From assembly GCA_040754655.1 (NCBI GenBank), contig JBFMCE010000066.1, forward strand, positions 1 through 21,678: 21,678 nucleotides of DNA. Reading direction: 5' to 3'. Each line of letters begins with the position of its first letter. Position 1 is the stretch's first letter. Under the pieces are notes generated by a model. That model worked only from the letters and a program-made list of their open reading frames with translations, was not told where the DNA came from and ran no database searches. This document shows, piece after piece, positions 1-6,084 of the stretch. The position numbers and the translations under genes were made by a program. Origin of the DNA: Bdellovibrionota bacterium. GTDB taxonomy: Bacteria; Bdellovibrionota; UBA1018; UBA923.

Positions 1-9
1 CTTTTTTAC

Positions 10-36
10 TAAAGTATTTCTCTCTTCTGCCGATAC
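10..36 (+). promoter_or_regulatory. sigma28 (FliA) promoter of flagellin
   Basis: TAAAG at 10-14 and GCCGATAC at 29-36, with 15 nt between TAAA and the -10 box. Near-perfect match to TAAA-N15-GCCGATAA, upstream of a flagellin. Implies a TSS near 43-45. Confidence 0.85.
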
Positions 37-382
37 GTTTCATAGAAGGCATAAGTTGGGGGACGTAGTAGGAAGTAGTCAGTTGAAGTTGTCTAACCGT
101 TGAAATCACACTCCTAAAGCAGTTGTCGTTGTTGGCTCTTTATTAAATAGAAGATATTGCTAAAGAGCATCTTGTTGCAGTTGTAGCCGCACGTAGTGCA
201 TCCCTAATAAACAAACAATTTCATAGTTTTGCCAAAAGTTTTGGCGTTTTCTTATCCGCATGCATGTGTGGCTAAAGGGCGCCTAAAAGTTCCGGTAAAA
301 AGCCGGAAAAGGGCGACGTTTAGCTTAAATTTAACGCGCAGCGTCGAACTATATTAACCCATGAAATAGGAGGAAAATTCTT

Positions 383-1219
383 ATGGGCTTAAGAATATCC
401 ACGAACTTAGCATCAATGGCGGCACAACGCGTACTCACTGCAAACCAAGGTGCCACAACTAAAAACATGACTCGTCTTGCTAGCGGTGATCGCATCACCA
501 GCGCTGCAGACGATGCGGCAGGCCTTTCGATCTCTGAAAGGTTGCGAGGTCAGATCAGAAGCTTGAAACAAGCTCAACGCAACTCAAACGATGGTATCAG
601 CCTCATTCAGGTTGCTGAAGGTGGTTTGAGCGAAGTGAGCAACAGCCTTATTCGCATGCGTGAACTTGCTGTTCAAGCAGCTTCAGACACCATCGGTGAT
701 CGTGAGCGCGGTTTCATCGATCAAGAAATTCAACAATTGAAGATTGAAGTTGATCGATTGGCTGATTCCACCACCTTTAACGACACGAACTTGCTCAATG
801 GCGAGTCACAAAAAGACATGCTTGAGATTCAAGTTGGTTCGTACAACCGTGAGTCTGATCGCATCGGTTATAAAGCAAGCGACTACAATATCAGAACGAG
901 CAACATCGGAATCGATGGCACTCATGTTCGCGATATCGAGTCTGCTCGTGAAAGTTTGTCTCAAGTAGACGCTGCACTCGACAGGGTAAACGGCTTCAGA
1001 GCCAGCCTTGGCGCCATGCAGAACCGCTTGCAATCAACTTCGAACAGCTTGGGGATTTCGGTTGAAAGCTTGTCAGCAGCGAACTCACGTATCCGAGATA
1101 CTGACATCGCTGAAGATTCGGCTGAGCTCGTGAAACGCAACATCTTGAACTCCGCGAACATCACAGTGCTTTCACAGGCCAACCAAAGCCCGTCAAACGC
1201 TTTGCGACTACTCGCATAA
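383..1219 (+). CDS. fliC: flagellin (278 aa, lacks a large variable central domain)
   Basis: Flagellin N-terminal motifs (LRISTN, RLASGDRITSAADDAAGLSISE, RMRELAVQA) and C-terminal motifs (RASLGAMQNRL, ANSRIRDTDIA, LSQANQSP). SD AGGAGG at 368-373. Confidence 0.97.
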   Translation: MGLRISTNLASMAAQRVLTANQGATTKNMTRLASGDRITSAADDAAGLSISERLRGQIRSLKQAQRNSNDGISLIQVAEGGLSEVSNSLIRMRELAVQAASDTIGDRERGFIDQEIQQLKIEVDRLADSTTFNDTNLLNGESQKDMLEIQVGSYNRESDRIGYKASDYNIRTSNIGIDGTHVRDIESARESLSQVDAALDRVNGFRASLGAMQNRLQSTSNSLGISVESLSAANSRIRDTDIAEDSAELVKRNILNSANITVLSQANQSPSNALRLLA

Positions 1220-1233
1220 AGGCTCTTGCGCGA

Positions 1234-1302
1234 GAAGAACCCTACCGTGAAAGGGTTCTTCCTTAAGCCCGCCCTGGGGGGCCAGAGATGGTCCCCCAGG
1301 GC
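1234..1302 (+). terminator. tandem stem-loops after flagellin (terminator or 3' stabilizer)
   Basis: GAAGAACCCT (1234-1243) pairs with AGGGTTCTTC (1252-1261). GCCCTGGGGGGCCA (1271-1284) pairs with TGGTCCCCCAGGGC (1289-1302), 14 bp including one G-U, closed by a GAGA tetraloop. The U-tail is weak. Confidence 0.6.
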
Positions 1303-1339
1303 AAACTTCTTATAAATCCAATACGAGATCATACTTTTT

Positions 1340-1477
1340 ATGAAGCACCTGTTTTGGACCGTGGGCATCGTTTCAATCCTTACATTCGTCTCCGTTTTCG
1401 CGGATGCCGCTGAGTCGCCGACTGCGACGCCCAAGGCTTCTTTATCTAGGCCGGCAGTGGCAAATTCTACCCGTTAA
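1340..1477 (+). CDS. putative small secreted peptide (45 aa), not in the ORF track
   Basis: Read by hand: MKHLFWTVGIVSILTFVSVFADAAESPTATPKASLSRPAVANSTR*. Basic N-terminus, hydrophobic core and an A-D-A cleavage motif. SD is weak. Confidence 0.45.
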   Translation: MKHLFWTVGIVSILTFVSVFADAAESPTATPKASLSRPAVANSTR

Positions 1478-1501
1478 ATCAAATCAATCTGGGTCCGATA
1501 A
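1475..1501 (+). promoter_or_regulatory. sigma28 promoter of the FlaG-like gene
   Basis: TAAA (1475-1478), 15-nt spacer, TCCGATAA (1494-1501). ATG follows at 1521. Confidence 0.8.
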
Positions 1502-1520
1502 GTCGGTTGGGAGTCTAAAA

Positions 1521-1913
1521 ATGGCACCAAAAATTGAACGTGTTTGGGGCTCATTGTTTGCCGTGAACCCCAATGCGGTTAAAAGAAAAGAAGGCTCTGA
1601 AAACGGCCAGCCTGACGATCAACGCGAAAAGCGTGGCCGTCAGAATCCTTCAGAAGAGCAAGGGCAAAAGGCTCCAAAACAGGCCGACCGCGCTGACGTT
1701 GAAAGAGCCATCAATGACCTTAAAAGCGCCGATCCCTTCACTCAAGCGGGTTTGCGCGTTGAGATGATGCAAACCGCGGAGGGTTTGAGCGTGCGTCTAT
1801 TGCAACACAACGGGACCGTGCTCAAGACGATGTCAGCGGAGGAATTCTTAAAGCTGCGCGAGAGCTCTGCGGCCGATCAAACGCGCGGAAAAATACTTGA
1901 CCAAAAATTTTGA
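1521..1913 (+). CDS. flaG: FlaG-like flagellar protein (130 aa, start revised from 1404 to 1521)
   Basis: The C-terminal half (VERAINDL..GLRVEM..LSVRLL..GTVLKTMSAEEFLKL..GKILDQKF) follows the FlaG pattern. Lies downstream of fliC. The sigma28 promoter and GGGAG SD (1509-1513) fix the start. Confidence 0.6.
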   Translation: MAPKIERVWGSLFAVNPNAVKRKEGSENGQPDDQREKRGRQNPSEEQGQKAPKQADRADVERAINDLKSADPFTQAGLRVEMMQTAEGLSVRLLQHNGTVLKTMSAEEFLKLRESSAADQTRGKILDQKF

Positions 1914-1937
1914 TCTGCTACCCCTCTTTAATAAACC

Positions 1938-2735
1938 ATGTTGAACTCAAAGAACGATTCTAACGGCAAAATCGTTGTTTTAAGCGACCTTCATTTGTGG
2001 GGCCCTGAAGACCCGCTTTACAGGGCGCTTTTGAAGTTCATCGACTCAAAGCTTTCGTATGGCGATAAGTTTTTCATAGTAGGCGATCTCTTTGACCTGT
2101 TCATCGGGGGAAAGAGCGTTTTCATCGAACGGTACTACGAGCTTATCGCCAAGATCAGGGATCTCGCGGCTAAGAAGATCGAGGTTTTCTACATCGAAGG
2201 CAATCATGACTTTCATCTAGAAAACATATTTGACGATTGCGCTCACGTGAGGCTCTACGCTGATTCCCTTCATTATGAATGGAATGGGAGAAAGCTGTAC
2301 TTCTGCCACGGCGACAAGCTCAACTGGAAAGACGTCGGCTACCAAGCGTTTCGATTGCTTACCAGAAACTTGGTCTCTCAATGCATCATCGAGGCGACTC
2401 CCGGAACGATCATCGATCGCGTGGGTCGCATGATGTCAAAGGCGAGCCGCGGATATCACGTTGAACCTAACGACGATGTGGTGCGGCTGTTCCGCAATCA
2501 TGCCTGCGAATTGATCGCCAGTGGTTATGACTTCGTGGTGATGGGCCATTCGCACTACATGGATGACATGCGCTTCAGGATCAATGGGCATGAAGGCCAG
2601 TACGTGAACGTGGGCTATCCGAGAAAACACAAGCGATACCTGGAACTCGCCGGTGAGGATTGCTTTTTCAAGATGAGCAGCTGGGATGAGGTGGTTTCGC
2701 CGCTCAGACCCTTGAAGTCGGTTGAACAAGATTAG
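1938..2735 (+). CDS. lpxH: UDP-2,3-diacylglucosamine diphosphatase-like calcineurin-type metallophosphoesterase
   Basis: Motifs SDLH, GDLFD, EGNHDF, HGD and GHSH in the order and spacing of the LpxH family. Confidence 0.75.
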   Translation: MLNSKNDSNGKIVVLSDLHLWGPEDPLYRALLKFIDSKLSYGDKFFIVGDLFDLFIGGKSVFIERYYELIAKIRDLAAKKIEVFYIEGNHDFHLENIFDDCAHVRLYADSLHYEWNGRKLYFCHGDKLNWKDVGYQAFRLLTRNLVSQCIIEATPGTIIDRVGRMMSKASRGYHVEPNDDVVRLFRNHACELIASGYDFVVMGHSHYMDDMRFRINGHEGQYVNVGYPRKHKRYLELAGEDCFFKMSSWDEVVSPLRPLKSVEQD

Positions 2736-3262
2736 GGTGATCGATGGTCATACAGATGCTTGAGTCTTTTGGCATCTACCGATTTCACAAGCACATCAAT
2801 CGAGTTGTAATTCTCGCCTTCCTGATCGGAACTGGGTTTGCGCACGCCGCTTACGACTAAGAATTCTGGCTCAAAGCCTTCACTCAATGTTTGGTGGCAC
2901 CGGCTCTCAACGACGGTTGAATGCTGGGACAGTTCTTCCTGCATCTCAAGCCTTTTGAGTTCGCAAAAACTTAAGGTGCTGTAGGCTGACCCGCGTATCG
3001 TGCCGCTTTCAACTTGGCTTTCAGACAATACGCGGTAGCTGGGGGCGTATGCTCCGGCGTGTCTTTCGCATTGAACATCTTCAATCGGACGCAGTTTTGC
3101 GTGGTTCAGTTTTTCAGTGAATTGCGAGGCTTCTTTCAGGCACTCGCCGTAGTCGGCGCGCGCAAGGCCTCGGCCTTCGACGAGATACTCGTTCCCAAGA
3201 GCCGGCAGGCCCAGAAGTAGGGTCGATAAAATCAAAAGATATTCGACAAAACCCAATTGCAC
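2732..3262 (-). CDS. hypothetical secreted protein with two Cys-pair repeats (start revised to GTG 3262)
   Basis: GGAGAG SD 6 nt before GTG 3262. Hydrophobic stretch YLLILSTLLLGLPALG. C-x23-C and C-x21-C units. The track's TTG 3304 lies at the putative -24 box. Confidence 0.65.
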   Translation of the reverse strand: MQLGFVEYLLILSTLLLGLPALGNEYLVEGRGLARADYGECLKEASQFTEKLNHAKLRPIEDVQCERHAGAYAPSYRVLSESQVESGTIRGSAYSTLSFCELKRLEMQEELSQHSTVVESRCHQTLSEGFEPEFLVVSGVRKPSSDQEGENYNSIDVLVKSVDAKRLKHLYDHRSP

Positions 3263-3287
3263 TTGCTTCTCTCCGGTAATAAGTACA

Positions 3288-3386
3288 TTCAAGATCGAGG
3301 CCAACGAAAAATCGCGAATGCGTGCTTGAAATCAATGGGTTGGATCGACCATGGTGTATAAATTTTTGACGTCTGTCGAGTTTACA
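3288..3386 (-). promoter_or_regulatory. putative sigma54 promoter with IHF site and upstream dyad
   Basis: Minus strand TGGCCTCGATCTTGAA (3303-3288, GG-N10-GA). Exact IHF consensus AATCAAtgggTTG (3330-3342). Dyad TGTA-N9-GACGTC-N9-TACA (3355-3386). Confidence 0.55.
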
Positions 3387-3399
3387 GAGGAATTTTAAG

Positions 3400-3852
3400 A
3401 TGCTGAAAGAAGGAGACAAGGCTCCCGCGTTTAATCTTGAGTCTGATGCTGGTGAGAGGATCGCATTGAAAGATTTGAAAGGGAAAAAGGTCATCTTGTA
3501 TTTTTATCCCAAAGACCTCACTTCAGGATGTACCCAGCAGGCCTGCGATTTTCGCGACTCTTTTACGGCGTTTAAACGCAAAAATGCAGTGGTGCTTGGC
3601 GTGAGCAAAGATCCGGTGGCGATGCACCAGAAATTCAAAGAAAAACACACGCTGCCTTTCCCTCTCTTGGCGGATGTCGAAGGAAAGGTCTGCGAGGCTT
3701 ATGGCGTCTGGAAACAAAAGTCGATGTACGGCAGAAAGTACATGGGCATTGAACGCACGACGTTCGTGATCGACGAGGCGGGCAAAATCGAAAAGATTTA
3801 TCCCAAGGTCAAAGTGAAGGACCATATCAAGGAAGTGCTGGCGGGGATCTAA
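3400..3852 (+). CDS. bcp: thioredoxin-dependent peroxiredoxin, BCP/PrxQ family
   Basis: LYFYPKDLTSGCTQQACDFRD (P-x3-T-x2-C plus a resolving Cys 5 residues later) and ERTTFVID. SD GAGG. Confidence 0.93.
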   Translation: MLKEGDKAPAFNLESDAGERIALKDLKGKKVILYFYPKDLTSGCTQQACDFRDSFTAFKRKNAVVLGVSKDPVAMHQKFKEKHTLPFPLLADVEGKVCEAYGVWKQKSMYGRKYMGIERTTFVIDEAGKIEKIYPKVKVKDHIKEVLAGI

Positions 3853-3930
3853 AGATTAAAGGAACGTCGCGTTTAGGTTGCCAACGTCCTCACTTGAGGT
3901 GGTCGGTATCTACGAAGTCTCGTAAAAAAA

Positions 3931-4416
3931 TTAGTCCGCAGTGCTGCTCGATGTCTCTGTCTCAATGCCAGGGCGAGGATCGCCTTCTAGGCAAAGAAAG
4001 CTTTCCATGCTTCGTTCATGGGAAATGTTGGGGTTATTGGTCTTCGATGTGAGAATACCGATTCGCCCGGTGAGTTGAAGTTCCCAGCGCACTTGTTCTG
4101 ATTGAGTTTCAAAAAACCGGGTCAACGGCGATTTGTTCTTGGATTCTTTAAGACTGGCGGTGAGTGTCGCTTCTGTCCCTGGGCGAACTACCCTCGTGTA
4201 TAAGTTCGCCTCCTTGGTTATTCTTCCGTCCGGGGTTTCGAGCTCAACAACACGAATACTATACTTGCCTCCGAGCGCGAGTTCTCCTGTTTGCAGATTT
4301 TGCATGTCGCACTGAAACAGCTCGATTGAGCTTCCGAAAGCTTCTGACTGAAGCAGCGTTCCAAGAAGCGCGGCCATAATCGTTCCACGGTACTTGCGCG
4401 CTTTGAATTTATTCAT
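3931..4416 (-). CDS. hypothetical secreted protein (161 aa, start revised to ATG 4416)
   Basis: AAGGA SD before ATG 4416. Basic N-terminus, hydrophobic stretch and AFG site (MNKFKARKYRGTIMAALLGTLLQSEAFG). Two Cys near the ends of the mature part. The revised start removes the overlap with the GAF gene. Confidence 0.65.
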   Translation of the reverse strand: MNKFKARKYRGTIMAALLGTLLQSEAFGSSIELFQCDMQNLQTGELALGGKYSIRVVELETPDGRITKEANLYTRVVRPGTEATLTASLKESKNKSPLTRFFETQSEQVRWELQLTGRIGILTSKTNNPNISHERSMESFLCLEGDPRPGIETETSSSTAD

Positions 4417-4475
4417 GTCTAAATCCTTCTTTCTGGTAGGAGCGCCATCTACAATAGACTTTTCTAGAAAGCTAG

Positions 4476-4922
4476 CTATTTGAGTAGCGACGCCACTTCG
4501 GAGCAAGCCTTGGCCAAGATCTCTTCGTCTTCCAGGGTGAAAAAATCCTTCTCATCGCTTTCAACATCAAGCACCCCGACGACCTTGTTTCCCAAAAAAA
4601 TCGGAAGCACCAGTTCCGATTTCGTGTCAATGAAACACATCGAATAAGTTGGATCCGTGCTCACGTCTGAGATCACTTTCTTGATACCCTTCATGGCTGC
4701 GGTACCCACGTTGCCTTTTCCGAACTCAAACTCATGGCAAGGAGGCAACGGTCCCCTGAAGTTCACGCGTTTGGCCTTTTGCCCTTCGACCTTGTAGATG
4801 CCGATCCAAAAATAAGGCCTCCACGTCAAAATGCGATCCAAGGCAAGGCCGATTTTTTCTTCAAGCGTCCTACCTCTTTCAAGATCAGATTTTAAAAGGG
4901 CCAAAAACTCGGGGCTTTTCAT
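4476..4922 (-). CDS. GAF-domain protein, free methionine-R-sulfoxide reductase (MsrC/YebR)-like
   Basis: WIGIY..FRGPLPPC..FGKGNVGTAA..DVSTDPTYSMC..KSELVLPI..GVLDVES aligns by eye with the fRMsr pattern. Confidence 0.7.
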   Translation of the reverse strand: MKSPEFLALLKSDLERGRTLEEKIGLALDRILTWRPYFWIGIYKVEGQKAKRVNFRGPLPPCHEFEFGKGNVGTAAMKGIKKVISDVSTDPTYSMCFIDTKSELVLPIFLGNKVVGVLDVESDEKDFFTLEDEEILAKACSEVASLLK

Positions 4923-4977
4923 GCGCTGCTTCTTATCATTTACAATTTCCTAAAGCATCTATAACTATATAAGGCTT

Positions 4978-5700
4978 ATGGAAAACCTACTGCAACCTGA
5001 CCTGTTGATCGCCCTGCTGACGTTGACCGCAATGGAGATCGTGCTCGGCATCGATAATATCGTTTTCATCGCCATTCTTGTGGCGAAACTACCTAAAGAA
5101 CAGCAAGCCCGCGCGAGAAGCATCGGCATAGGCCTTGCTCTGGTGAGCAGGTTGATTCTCTTGCTTTCGATCACCTGGATCATGCGCTTGACTGAGCCTC
5201 TGTTTCAGATTGCGGACAAGGCTTTTTCTGGCCGCGATTTGATCCTTCTGATCGGCGGTCTCTTCTTGATCGCGAAGGCTACTTACGAAATTCATGAAAA
5301 GCTTGAGGTGGACGGTGAGGAAGCCGCGGTTGCGGTAAAAGGCAAAGGTCGCTTCAAGACCGTCGTTTTTCAGATCGCGCTGCTGGATATCGTATTTTCA
5401 CTCGATTCCGTGATTACTGCGGTAGGCATGGTTCAGCAAATCTCCATCATGGTGATCGCCGTGATTATTTCCATCGCCATCATGCTTCTTGCAGCCGGAA
5501 AGATCAGCGAGTTCGTCCATCGACATCCGACAATTAAGATCTTGGCGCTCTCTTTCTTGGTCCTCATCGGAGTTATGTTGCTGGTTGAAGGCATGGGTGG
5601 GCACGTGAATAAGGGATACATCTACTTCGCGATGGCTTTCTCGCTCATCGTTGAGTTTCTGAACATGCGTTTTCGGAAGAAACAAAAGATAGCGCATTGA
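4978..5700 (+). CDS. TerC family integral membrane protein
   Basis: MEIVLGIDNIVFIAIL and LDIVFSLDSVITAVG signatures, with multiple TM helices. Confidence 0.93.
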   Translation: MENLLQPDLLIALLTLTAMEIVLGIDNIVFIAILVAKLPKEQQARARSIGIGLALVSRLILLLSITWIMRLTEPLFQIADKAFSGRDLILLIGGLFLIAKATYEIHEKLEVDGEEAAVAVKGKGRFKTVVFQIALLDIVFSLDSVITAVGMVQQISIMVIAVIISIAIMLLAAGKISEFVHRHPTIKILALSFLVLIGVMLLVEGMGGHVNKGYIYFAMAFSLIVEFLNMRFRKKQKIAH

Positions 5701-5719
5701 GATAAAGAAGAGACGGCAA

Positions 5720-6013
5720 TTGCGCATTTTATTCTGGGCGGTCGGATCGATCTCCTTTGTTTTTGGCATCGCTGGCATCTTGCTTCCCATCATTCCGGGG
5801 GTACCTCTTCTCTTGTTTTCGCTTTACTGCTTTTCAAGGGCAAGCGAGCGATTTCGAGTTTGGGTGCTTTCAAGGCCCGGCATGGGGGCGGCCATTCAAA
5901 AGATGGAACAGAAAGCTCGCCTGGCTTTTCCTAGCTGGCTTGACGTTTTGTTGGTGGCAATCGCTCTTGGATTTCTTCTTTATTTCTTACTGCGATGGAT
6001 TTGGAAGGGGTAG
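5720..6013 (+). CDS. YbaN/DUF454 family small membrane protein
   Basis: GIAGILLPIIPGVPLLLFSLYCFSRASERFRVW matches the DUF454 pattern. TTG start 19 nt after terC. Confidence 0.75.
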   Translation: MRILFWAVGSISFVFGIAGILLPIIPGVPLLLFSLYCFSRASERFRVWVLSRPGMGAAIQKMEQKARLAFPSWLDVLLVAIALGFLLYFLLRWIWKG

Positions 6014-6074
6014 GCGAGAGCTGTTAGGGGATTGGGGGTATAGGGGGACCAGCTCTCGCCCGTGTTTTGTTACT
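6005..6074 (-). ncRNA. candidate sigma54-dependent small RNA with a C-rich loop (3' end uncertain)
   Basis: Perfect 11-bp stem (6013-6023 with 6050-6060). Minus-strand loop GUCCCCCUAUACCCCCAAUCCCCUAA. Begins about 14 nt downstream of the predicted sigma54 +1 (6074). Confidence 0.5.
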
Positions 6075-6084
6075 ACTATTCTAT

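Noticed and set aside
114..309. Additional CTAAAG/TAAA copies in the fliC leader as extra sigma28 promoters
   Set aside because: None has a CCGATA-like -10 box at 15 nt. The best cases (TCCGGTAA at 291, GCCGGAAA at 302) have 14-nt spacers and mismatches.
83..369. Tiny upstream ORFs in the fliC leader (TTG 83 MKLSNR, ATG 260 MHVWLKGA, ATG-AAA-TAG 361-369)
   Set aside because: ORFs this short are expected by chance. SDs are weak or absent and there is no informative codon pattern.
1404..1520. N-terminal extension of the 169-aa track ORF
   Set aside because: It spans the sigma28 promoter. ATG 1521 has the SD.
3911..3930. TACGA/TCGTA hairpin with an A-run as a terminator
   Set aside because: Only 5 bp, and the T-run is on the wrong side of the stem on either strand.
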